From: a virus
Strand: one strand, 5' to 3'
IMG/VR virus record: IMGVR_UViG_3300032286_001377
Span: 1 to 64,000 of that record
Length of the DNA: 64,000 nucleotides
The position numbers were made by a program, and so were the translations under genes. Positions 36,162 to 45,836 of this stretch are shown in pieces (position 1 is the first letter of the stretch; each line of letters begins with the position of its first letter). The notes beneath the pieces are model-generated. The model had not been told where the DNA came from, made no database searches, and was given only the letters and a program-made list of their open reading frames with translations.

Positions 36162-37415
36162 TTAAATATATTCAATAATTAAATCACTCAAAACCGGAGG
36201 AGTTTTATCATCTAGCATATTTAAAGTAATTTCAATCCAAACAGCGTTTGATGCACCAGGGTTAGAAGTAGTATAAACACCAGCATCACTGTAAATCACC
36301 CTATAAGAAAATGCGGTTGACAAAAGACTCTGAGGAACATTGTAAATTTTTGGTGTAACATTAGTAATCTGAGAAATAACATCACCATTCGTTGGTGAAA
36401 ATTTAATAATAGTTTTACCAGAAGTCAAATATTTATCATATCTAATATCAAGATCAGATAGACCATAAGTATAAACATATTTGCTTAGCTCTTGGAAATA
36501 ATTTCTCTGTATAAATTTTATTCTGATAGCTGTTATATCTAACTCAGAAAAAACGAAAGCCAATGGAGGAGAATTTCTTATAGCATCTGCCGCAACAACA
36601 TCCCAGCCACCAGGGGGAACCTTTCCTATTGCAGATAATTCACCATCATAATATCCAAATCTGTTTAATGGAAGCCATCCATCGCCGGAGTTAAGACCAG
36701 GATTCTGCTTAGTGGTATATTCAACAGATAAAATATCGGTACCAAAAGTAGGGTATGGATTAAATTTAATCATATTAGTTTTTGCCGAACCGGATGACTC
36801 ATTCGGCACTTTTATATAAAGCCACATTTGAGCCCCTGCTGGAGAACTACTAGAGGAAATAATATTTCTTTTCCATATCTTCTCTGGTGAGTCCAATATC
36901 GCATTATAAATTGGAGTAGTATCAATTACTGCACCAGATGTGTCAACACCAGGAAGATTATTTTCAACCTTAGCTTTAAAGAAGTCAGGTATTATCTGTC
37001 CCGCATTGGCGCTAGAAAACTTTAATTTACTAAAAGAACTACTAGCAACTTTTGGTAAAGTAATAATATTATAAATAGGATCAAAACTTAAAAGATCTGT
37101 TGTAGAAACAGCAAAAGATGTATTCACAAAAGAAGAATAGTCTAACTGACTAAAAGAATGAATAGATATTACATTTGAAGCGGACTCTAAAGCTTGAATT
37201 CTGTCATCTAAATCTTTGATAGCTGCAGCAAGAAATTGGTGATCTTTTAATACTCTTTCAAAAGCTTGAGAAAGCTTATTATCAATGATATCACTCTTGT
37301 TATATAGATATACTAAATCTTTATAATTCTCTTCGATACGCGCATTGTAATCTGAGCTTTCTACTGGACCATTATATTGATAGTCTCGTTTTTTAGTATT
37401 TAAAATTTCACTCAT
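36162..37415 (-). CDS. Tail/baseplate structural protein
   Basis: N-terminal YNGPVESSDYN plus coiled coil; C-terminal PPVLSDLIIEY is similar to the ends of neighbouring proteins. Confidence 0.6.
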   Translation of the reverse strand: MSEILNTKKRDYQYNGPVESSDYNARIEENYKDLVYLYNKSDIIDNKLSQAFERVLKDHQFLAAAIKDLDDRIQALESASNVISIHSFSQLDYSSFVNTSFAVSTTDLLSFDPIYNIITLPKVASSSFSKLKFSSANAGQIIPDFFKAKVENNLPGVDTSGAVIDTTPIYNAILDSPEKIWKRNIISSSSSPAGAQMWLYIKVPNESSGSAKTNMIKFNPYPTFGTDILSVEYTTKQNPGLNSGDGWLPLNRFGYYDGELSAIGKVPPGGWDVVAADAIRNSPPLAFVFSELDITAIRIKFIQRNYFQELSKYVYTYGLSDLDIRYDKYLTSGKTIIKFSPTNGDVISQITNVTPKIYNVPQSLLSTAFSYRVIYSDAGVYTTSNPGASNAVWIEITLNMLDDKTPPVLSDLIIEYI

Positions 37416-40400
37416 TTACAATCCACTCTCTAGTCTTTGTACTGTTTTAAGTATTCTAGCAAGTTGAGCACTCAATTTATTCATTGTATCAACTTTAACA
37501 ATAGTACCATTCAATTGGTAGTAATTAGCAATTTCCTGTATTTCATCTTGAGTTAAAGCTCTTCTCCAAATAGCAGCACCGAAGAACTCAAAATCAACTC
37601 CAGATGTAACATCAGATCTTGCCCCAACCCTTAAAGGATAAGAGTTGGCTAAAGATCCTACGGAAACATCGGTAGCTTTATTATCAAAAGTTCCATTAAC
37701 ATACACACTAAATGAATCAGAAGTTACATCATGAACAAAAATATAATTAGTCGCATTCTCGATAAAAGTTTTACTTGGAGTAGTAGTAGATCCGCCAACT
37801 TGACCTGAAAGGTTACCTTTAACATTCAACATAACAGAATTATCTGACGCATTAGTCATTATTTCATATCCGGGATTAGTTTGATTATCACCTTTACTGA
37901 GAAGTCTTGAGTATCCCGCTATATTATTCCAAAATCTAGCTGAAAAGAAAATTGTATAAGAATCTTTTATACCGAAATCTAGAAGAGAATTATCTGGAGT
38001 TTCTAACCAAGTGGTTCCACCACCCATCAATAGTGTTGGACGAGTAACAGCAACTGTTTTCTTATTAGTATTAGATCTAACAATAGCTCCTGCTTGAGTT
38101 GGATTAGCTGCATCTAAATAAAATACTGCCTCCTTCAAAAGTGCAGTAGAAGCGGCCGTTATTGTGCCAGAATAGTGAGCATTGATTAATGCTACCTCTG
38201 CTGTCGATAAAGCTTTTCTAAAAATAAGACCTGCATAGAATTCAAAGTCTTGATAGTTAGAAAGCGAAGCTCCACCATTCACGCCAATTCGGACAGTATT
38301 CCCATTGGACAAGTTTCCAATAGTTGTTGTAGGTGAAGTGGCGCTAAACGTATTGTTAGAAAATGTTTTAATTGTGTTATTAGATCTATTAACTATTCCA
38401 CCAAACACACTAAAGGCTCCAGCAGTTACTGCAGGTCCCGTCTGGTTAGCTGCATTAGTTCCATCTCCAATAAAAAATCCAGGACTTACAGATGTAGTAT
38501 CATTAGAAAGGCTCCATCCCTGAGCTGCTGCACCTCCGCCCTTGCAAATATATCTACCATAACTTGCAGCAGTCCCCCACTGCCTCACCACTGCTACAAC
38601 AGAAACAGATTCAGTGTAGCTGAAATCTAGATTAGCATTATCTGCTATTTCCATATAGCTATTAGAACCAAAGAGCCAACATGGACGGCAAACAGCTACT
38701 GTCTTTTTACCACTAGTTCCTCTAGTAATTGTTACCGTAATATTATTTGCTGACTCAGTAAAAGTAGATTGAACAGTAGAGGATAAACTGGTAGCAAAGT
38801 TAATATCAAAAACTTTTGTTCCGCCTATACCATTTCGCCAAATAGCTCTATAAAATTTACCTGCGGCTACAGTATTTGCATTTCCACCAATAACCACACC
38901 TGGAGATGATGCTAAAACCGGAAATGCAGTAACACCAAGCTGAGAAACAGTTGAACCTAATTGAACCCAAGAAGTCGGCTCTGTAGTCTGATCCTCTGCA
39001 TAATAAAACTTTAAATCATGTCCACCTAAACCATTATCGACATCTATAGTGACTTTAAGCCAATAAGCTTTGCCGTCAACAAAGTTTCCAGGGACAGTAG
39101 ATTCTCTTGCCATCAAAGTAGAGTTTGACCCAGTTGGAAACCATTTTAAAAGAAGCTTTCCAACACCTGTTACCATAAATGTAAAACCACGGTTAGGGTC
39201 AGTGGATTCTCTTTCTATCAAAGTATGATTTAAACCACTAGTCCAATCATCTATCGCAACCCTACAAACTAATTCCATATCACCAGTAACATTAAATGCG
39301 GCATTAAAAGCTACATCCGCACGATTACCTGAAACTCCTGGAATATATAAATAATTCTCACCCGTATGAGCCAACCATTTCGGATCCGTAGTTGATGTTG
39401 AATTTGCAGTAATAGCGGCAGTATTATCTGGACCAAAAGTTGCTCCTGGACGAGCATTTAAAACCGCTCCTCCAGAACCTAGATTTTGCAAGTATAATGG
39501 TTTATCAACGCTATTCTTTGTGACTGTAGGTAAATCTATTATTTTTTGAGATCCACTAGAAATTGCTTTAGTAAAATTAACATCAGAAACTGTAGCTCCA
39601 CCAATACCATTTCTGACAATAGTTCTAAATACTTTTCCAGCAAAAGGTCCAGTATTAGAGTTTACGTTTCCTATTCCATAGATTCCACCTATTTCGAGGA
39701 AACTTGTATTAGGAGAAATTGAAGTAATGTTTGCGGTAGTTACAGGACCACCTATTTGAGTCCAAACTGTTGGCTCATCAACTTGATCTTCAGCATAATA
39801 AAAGCATACATCATTTCCACCAGTGCCATTATCTACATCTACAGTAACTTTAATCCAATATGTAGTCTTATCCACAAATGGAGGTATAGATGGACTAGAT
39901 TTAGAAAGAAGTGAACCACCAGCACCATCGGGAGCAATTCTAACATTTAGTCTTCCTGTATCAAGAATAGATAACGCAAAAGATCTCTGATTAGCATAAG
40001 GTCCAGTTGCATGTGTATTATACTTACCAAAAAAATACTGCTCAGTTGCTGGCGTCCAATCATCCGCGGCAACCCTGCAAACAAATTCAATATCTCTATT
40101 TCTTTCAATGCGAGCATTATTTAAAATACCAACTGAATACGCATTAAAAGAAGACTCCATGAATGAAGAGCAGAATTGTAGCTGTCTAGTAAAGTTAACA
40201 TTTACTACTTCAGATCCACCTATCCCATTTTTAATAATAACATTAAAAATCTTACCGCTAAAGGCATCAGCTGCGCCGCTATAATATGCGCCTATCGCCA
40301 ACTGCTCAGAGTTTACACCAAGACTAATATTACCAGTGCTATTTCCTGATCCTGAAATAGTAGAACCTATTTGAATCCATGTAGTTGGCTCAGAAGGTTG

Positions 40401-43400
40401 ATCTGGTGCCCAATAGAACTTAGCATTGCAACCAGTAGTTAAATCTACAGTATCGATTGCAGCCCTAACCCAACAAGGCTTACCTAGTAAAACTCCAGCT
40501 GCAGCATATGTAACGTCTCCAGTTAGAGACGAAACAAGTGATCCATCAGAAAATCTAAAAACTGGAAAACCAGAATTATTTACGAATAACTGATAACCAC
40601 CCATAACAGATGAACCAGATCCTTTACTTACAAAAGCCTGGGAAGCAGCAAACGTATTAAATTGCACCCGTGCGCAAATATCAATATTTCTTTCTCTCTC
40701 AATTCTAGAACCAGAACCAACCATTGTTACAGTCATAGCATTAGATGAAGACTCTACAAAAGAGCTAGAGAACTGTATTAGTCTAGTAAAATCTACATCA
40801 AGTACTTTAGTTCCGTTTATGCCGTTTCTAACTATTGCTCTAAAATATCTCCCGCCCATAGGGGAATATAGTGATGGGGCACCATTTGTTCCAATACCAA
40901 TACCAAAGGGTTGTACACTGGTATTTAAATTTCCAGTAGTATTTCCAAAAGATGTACCAATAGTTATCCATTGTGCTGCTGTTGGCTCAGCTTCTTGATC
41001 TGGGCAATAATAGAATATAACATCACCAGAAGTTGCGTTTCTTGTCGCTTTTAACCAGAGTGGAGTACCACCAACTGTTGGCCTACCAGTAGTCCAGTTT
41101 ACTGATGCGAAAAAGTTTGTAAGACTCGTTGGCGTCAATCCAAGTGCTAATGCATTAGACGTAATATACCAGTAATATTGCTGTCCATATCCCTTACCCA
41201 TAAGAATAACCGGTGAAGATGGTGACCAAACTTTTGGCGCTATCTTACAAACAAGTTCTAAATCTCCAGTAATATTTAACGCAGCATTGTCTGGCAACGT
41301 GGCGTAATTATCATAACGGAAAGTCACAGTGGTAGCAGACATAGCTGCAAGTGTTCCATTATTAATTGTTACTGTTGTTCCAGAAAGATTAGTGATAAAA
41401 GTATTTTCTGCAATAAAACCAGTAGCCATAACGCGCTGGCCTATAAAAAGATTAGAACTGCTGGCTACAACAATTGTAGTAGCGCCTACTGTAGCCTGTG
41501 TAGCTGTAGTAGTGATGGTAGTCGCATCTTGATACATATATGTAGTTCCATCAACAATCCTTGCTGCAGAACCAGTAACTGAAACTACTTTACCAGTTGA
41601 TTCTGTGAAAGATGTGGTCCCAATTCCCACTGAACCAAAGTTTGCATTAAAAACTGTTGTTCCATTAATTCCATCTTTAACTATAGCGTTATAAAATTTT
41701 CCTGCAGACATTTGAGTACCGCCATTTACGCCACTGCCAATATAAAGATTAGCACTTGTAGGGTCTATCGTTGAAGCCGCACCAGGAGGACTTGTATTTA
41801 TAAGTGTCCATTGTGCAAGAGTTGGCTCTGCTGTTTGCGTTGAATAATAAAAGGATGCTTGGCTCGTAGCGACCGAAACTGCACATCTTAACCAACCAGC
41901 TTGACCATTCGTAAAAGGTGGTGCACCTGTAGCAGTGATCACTGTTTGTCCACCAGTAGTCCACCAAACAAATTCTGGAAATCCGCTCCCTGTATTGTTA
42001 ATACGGAAAGAGTAAGCTGCGCTACTAAGGCTCCTTTTTGCTACAAGACCTTGATAGTCTAATGAAGATTTCCAGTTATCTAATGCTACCCTAACAATAA
42101 TATCGATATCACCAGCAATATTTAATGTCGATACACTTGGCGTAGATGCATAATTTCCAGAAGTACCAGGAAGGCTCAAAAATTTACTACCCTCGGTACC
42201 TAAAATATCTAACTCGCAACTAGTTCCAATACCTTCATTACGAAAGTACATAGTCGTAGATGTGAAAGCGGCAATCGTGGGATTGCTAATTGTTATAGTC
42301 GTTCCAGAAACATTAGTGACAAAAGTATTATCAGGAATAGACCCACTCAATATCGCTCGTTGCCCGACGACAATTCCGGTTGCACTAGTTACAACAATTG
42401 TAGAAGAACCAACCGTAGCCTGAGTTCCTGTAGCTTGAATCAAACCATTAAATACGTCAGTTACATAAGCATAACTATTTGGACTAGTTAATCCAGATCC
42501 AAACATATAAGTTGATCCATCAACTATTTGAGCTGATTGAGAACTAAGAATTACAGAATGTCCAGTAGAGCTAGTAAAAGATCTAGCTCCAATAGCGGCT
42601 TTAGTAAAATCAACATCTAAAACTGTTGGTCCATCAATTCCATTTTTCAATATTCCACGATAGATTTTTCCAGCCATTCTTTCGCCACCGGAGTACCCTG
42701 CGCTTTGTGTACCTGCGCCGAAACCAACGATAAATCCAGATGCCGTTGCCGCACCAATGTATCCAACAGAAGATCCAATTGAAATCCAATTAGAAGGATA
42801 AGATGTACTATCTGGTGCATAATAAAATCTCACAATACCCGTACTAGCTTCACGTGTTACTCTTAACCAAACAGTTTGACCATCACTTGGCCTTCCTGCA
42901 GCTGTAGTCCAAGTTATACCAATAGACCTTAATGTGCCACCACCCATAAAGTAAAATCCAACATTAGACGAAGAGGCAGAAAGCCAAAATTCTCCAGCAT
43001 ATCCTTTGCTCATTATGATCTGATTAGCTGGATAAGAGTTCCAGTTATCTAATGCTACACGACAAATTACTTCAATATTACCAGTAATTTTTAGCTCTGG
43101 AGAATCTGGAACATAAGCATAAGAGAATCCTGGACCTCTTGCTACTGAGAGAAAATGTTCGCTTTCAACACCTAAAATATTTAGACTATCATCAAAAGGA
43201 ACAGAAGCGTAGTTACCAGAAATTCCTGGAGTATACAAATAGTTTTCGCCAGAATGACCTAATAATACTGGCGAACCATTATATGTTGCATTTAAAGCCG
43301 CACCTCCCCACCCCTTATTTTGCATAACCGTTTCTCCAACGGTAGATTTATCTACATCCAACCAATACACAGCGTCACTAAATACAGAAAGATCATCACG

Positions 43401-43685
43401 CATAAAAAGACTGACATCACTAACATCATAACTTAAACCATCATTCAATAATGATGCCGCAGTAATGTCATCTATGTCACCAATAAAAAGCTTGACATCT
43501 TCAAGGATAGAAGAATCAATAGAATCAAGTTGATTTTTAATTCTAGTCAAATCCAACTTTAAAAAATTTGTTTCAGCGTTCTCTAATTCACTACTTCTTG
43601 GTCCGCGATATTTCATTCTATTTACTTGGAAAAGTGGTTCTTTAAATCTTTCCACTTTATCTTGATTTGTAAATGTTTTTGACAT
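37416..43685 (-). CDS. Large tail fibre / receptor-binding protein with multiple LamG/ConA-like domains
   Basis: Repeated (D/N)IE..CRVA.D.W...GK.YR.I..NGI.G..V.DV.F units and DFEF..A.I.R.AL ends. Confidence 0.75.
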   Translation of the reverse strand: MSKTFTNQDKVERFKEPLFQVNRMKYRGPRSSELENAETNFLKLDLTRIKNQLDSIDSSILEDVKLFIGDIDDITAASLLNDGLSYDVSDVSLFMRDDLSVFSDAVYWLDVDKSTVGETVMQNKGWGGAALNATYNGSPVLLGHSGENYLYTPGISGNYASVPFDDSLNILGVESEHFLSVARGPGFSYAYVPDSPELKITGNIEVICRVALDNWNSYPANQIIMSKGYAGEFWLSASSSNVGFYFMGGGTLRSIGITWTTAAGRPSDGQTVWLRVTREASTGIVRFYYAPDSTSYPSNWISIGSSVGYIGAATASGFIVGFGAGTQSAGYSGGERMAGKIYRGILKNGIDGPTVLDVDFTKAAIGARSFTSSTGHSVILSSQSAQIVDGSTYMFGSGLTSPNSYAYVTDVFNGLIQATGTQATVGSSTIVVTSATGIVVGQRAILSGSIPDNTFVTNVSGTTITISNPTIAAFTSTTMYFRNEGIGTSCELDILGTEGSKFLSLPGTSGNYASTPSVSTLNIAGDIDIIVRVALDNWKSSLDYQGLVAKRSLSSAAYSFRINNTGSGFPEFVWWTTGGQTVITATGAPPFTNGQAGWLRCAVSVATSQASFYYSTQTAEPTLAQWTLINTSPPGAASTIDPTSANLYIGSGVNGGTQMSAGKFYNAIVKDGINGTTVFNANFGSVGIGTTSFTESTGKVVSVTGSAARIVDGTTYMYQDATTITTTATQATVGATTIVVASSSNLFIGQRVMATGFIAENTFITNLSGTTVTINNGTLAAMSATTVTFRYDNYATLPDNAALNITGDLELVCKIAPKVWSPSSPVILMGKGYGQQYYWYITSNALALGLTPTSLTNFFASVNWTTGRPTVGGTPLWLKATRNATSGDVIFYYCPDQEAEPTAAQWITIGTSFGNTTGNLNTSVQPFGIGIGTNGAPSLYSPMGGRYFRAIVRNGINGTKVLDVDFTRLIQFSSSFVESSSNAMTVTMVGSGSRIERERNIDICARVQFNTFAASQAFVSKGSGSSVMGGYQLFVNNSGFPVFRFSDGSLVSSLTGDVTYAAAGVLLGKPCWVRAAIDTVDLTTGCNAKFYWAPDQPSEPTTWIQIGSTISGSGNSTGNISLGVNSEQLAIGAYYSGAADAFSGKIFNVIIKNGIGGSEVVNVNFTRQLQFCSSFMESSFNAYSVGILNNARIERNRDIEFVCRVAADDWTPATEQYFFGKYNTHATGPYANQRSFALSILDTGRLNVRIAPDGAGGSLLSKSSPSIPPFVDKTTYWIKVTVDVDNGTGGNDVCFYYAEDQVDEPTVWTQIGGPVTTANITSISPNTSFLEIGGIYGIGNVNSNTGPFAGKVFRTIVRNGIGGATVSDVNFTKAISSGSQKIIDLPTVTKNSVDKPLYLQNLGSGGAVLNARPGATFGPDNTAAITANSTSTTDPKWLAHTGENYLYIPGVSGNRADVAFNAAFNVTGDMELVCRVAIDDWTSGLNHTLIERESTDPNRGFTFMVTGVGKLLLKWFPTGSNSTLMARESTVPGNFVDGKAYWLKVTIDVDNGLGGHDLKFYYAEDQTTEPTSWVQLGSTVSQLGVTAFPVLASSPGVVIGGNANTVAAGKFYRAIWRNGIGGTKVFDINFATSLSSTVQSTFTESANNITVTITRGTSGKKTVAVCRPCWLFGSNSYMEIADNANLDFSYTESVSVVAVVRQWGTAASYGRYICKGGGAAAQGWSLSNDTTSVSPGFFIGDGTNAANQTGPAVTAGAFSVFGGIVNRSNNTIKTFSNNTFSATSPTTTIGNLSNGNTVRIGVNGGASLSNYQDFEFYAGLIFRKALSTAEVALINAHYSGTITAASTALLKEAVFYLDAANPTQAGAIVRSNTNKKTVAVTRPTLLMGGGTTWLETPDNSLLDFGIKDSYTIFFSARFWNNIAGYSRLLSKGDNQTNPGYEIMTNASDNSVMLNVKGNLSGQVGGSTTTPSKTFIENATNYIFVHDVTSDSFSVYVNGTFDNKATDVSVGSLANSYPLRVGARSDVTSGVDFEFFGAAIWRRALTQDEIQEIANYYQLNGTIVKVDTMNKLSAQLARILKTVQRLESGL

Positions 43686-43694
43686 TCTACCTCT

Positions 43695-45836
43695 TTACGA
43701 TACATCGTTATGTTTAAATTTAATTCTTATTGCGTCCAAGATAGGAGTTTGAAGTGGATTAGAGTATCTATTAAAATCTACACGATATCTAACAGCACTA
43801 ACTTCCTGAGACTTATCTGAATAGTACTTCAAAATACTTCTTTTAGAAATTTCTTTTGAAGCCAAAAGATATTTAGAACCATAAAATGAATCTATAGTGA
43901 AAACATTTAAACTTGAATCAACTTTATTTCTAAATTCAATAGGATCTAAATATGAAAAATATTCCATAAATACTGTACCATAATCAAACAAGTTTGCTCC
44001 AACCATTAGATCTAGACTTACTCGGTCATTAGAACTATTATCATAAGCAAAAGTTATAGTATTAATACCTTTAACAAATTTCCATTCTAATCTAGAAACC
44101 GTTTGTCCAGATGGAAGCTCGCCAATAATTGTACCATTTAAATATATAGAAAGATTAAAAGTACCAATTTTAGTAATAGTATGAGATACAGTTCTTTCCT
44201 CACTTGATAAAAGCTTAGTTTCAATTAATTCAGAACAAGGGCCAGAAAAAGCTGAAGTAAAAGATGACGAATAATTTGTAAAAATAGTTTTTCTTAATTC
44301 TAAATATGTTGAATCATTAATAATCTCAGCCCAACCCTGTAAAGAATTTGACAAATTCGAACTAACACTACTAAGCGATGGAATTGAATAAGATTGAAAA
44401 TTATTCAGACCAGAAATAACATAAGGTTGCAAATATGTAGTCGTATCACTCAAAGACGCCACACGATATGCCTCCCTATCCGAAAAAGGTAAAGTAATAG
44501 GATTTAATTCGTTTGCATTAGGTGAGGTATTATTAAGTGGAATCAAAACATAATCAACATCGAGGGTATCATCAGCTATATCTATATATTCAGAAACTGC
44601 ACTAGAACCAACTAGTGAAACTACATTTGGGATTGCTCCCGCATCAGAACTACTAGGCTCAATTGGTATCCAACTAAAATCATACACCCCGACAGCTGAC
44701 TCTGAGTCGACTGCAACATAATAAGATAAACTTGTACCTGAAACAGTTTGCTGCTTAGCGTCAAGTGCAACTGAACTAATAGATAGTAAACTATTATCGG
44801 AAATCGGAATAGATATAGGCTTGGATATTAACGTAGCTCTTTCATCGTAGTAATCTGCACCGATAGAAAGCTCTCTAAAACCAAACGTATAAACATATGG
44901 TGCAGTAGTGCTTTGCACTACTTTGTCTGGTTCTTCTTTATATAAAGTCAAATAGATTGCACTATATGAATCATTAGGTAACAAAAATGCAAATCTATTA
45001 TAATCTTCCTTAGAAGTTTTGCTACGTATAACTTCTGGTTTATCAGCAGAAACTGGAACAGCTTTCATAAAAATAGAACAAGGGGATTGGCTTAAAATTG
45101 AACCCTGTATTTTAGATATACTAAATCCAGTATTAATTGGAATATTAAAAGTAATAGAAGCTATACCTGGAGCATCAGAAGTGTGATCGTGAGACCAATA
45201 GGTGTCATTTAGCCCATCAAAAACGGCATCAAAGTTAGATACAGTAGTTGGACCATATACGATTGAATTATTAAACGTTACAGTAGCTTTCACATTAGAT
45301 AAAATCATTGATTTAGTTGTTATCTGATTAGATATTTCCGAAGTAACTTTTGGAATAGTCACATGATTATTAATAATATCAACAAACGCAGAAGTTTTTT
45401 CTAGATCAATAAAAGTTGTATTAGAAAAATTTTCTAAATAAGAATAGAAAAATCCGTCAGAGTTTGCATTGGCGAAAAGAAGTTGATCTATTTTAGATTC
45501 AATTTCTTTTCTTTTAGCTCTTAAATTATCAAGCTTCATATTCAAAGCATTAACGACAGAAAAAATTTGTTCATTATTTTCCATTACACAATCATACAAT
45601 GTTTCTAAATTCAATAAAGTATTTATCATCACCTCATTTAAAGCATGATGGCTAACAGTATTAGTGGACTGTATCCTATCTACATCAATTGAAACTGGTT
45701 CGCCTAATTTGTTATAAGAAAAATATTGATTATAAAGTTTTTTAATTTCATGATCAGATGGCTTATTTCCCGTAGAATAAAATAACTTATAAATATTATA
45801 GAGAAATTTTCTTTTTTGAACTGTTGAAATATTCAT
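43695..45836 (-). CDS. Tail/baseplate structural protein
   Basis: Beta-rich; C-terminal TPILDAIRIKF is shared with neighbours. Confidence 0.6.
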   Translation of the reverse strand: MNISTVQKRKFLYNIYKLFYSTGNKPSDHEIKKLYNQYFSYNKLGEPVSIDVDRIQSTNTVSHHALNEVMINTLLNLETLYDCVMENNEQIFSVVNALNMKLDNLRAKRKEIESKIDQLLFANANSDGFFYSYLENFSNTTFIDLEKTSAFVDIINNHVTIPKVTSEISNQITTKSMILSNVKATVTFNNSIVYGPTTVSNFDAVFDGLNDTYWSHDHTSDAPGIASITFNIPINTGFSISKIQGSILSQSPCSIFMKAVPVSADKPEVIRSKTSKEDYNRFAFLLPNDSYSAIYLTLYKEEPDKVVQSTTAPYVYTFGFRELSIGADYYDERATLISKPISIPISDNSLLSISSVALDAKQQTVSGTSLSYYVAVDSESAVGVYDFSWIPIEPSSSDAGAIPNVVSLVGSSAVSEYIDIADDTLDVDYVLIPLNNTSPNANELNPITLPFSDREAYRVASLSDTTTYLQPYVISGLNNFQSYSIPSLSSVSSNLSNSLQGWAEIINDSTYLELRKTIFTNYSSSFTSAFSGPCSELIETKLLSSEERTVSHTITKIGTFNLSIYLNGTIIGELPSGQTVSRLEWKFVKGINTITFAYDNSSNDRVSLDLMVGANLFDYGTVFMEYFSYLDPIEFRNKVDSSLNVFTIDSFYGSKYLLASKEISKRSILKYYSDKSQEVSAVRYRVDFNRYSNPLQTPILDAIRIKFKHNDVS

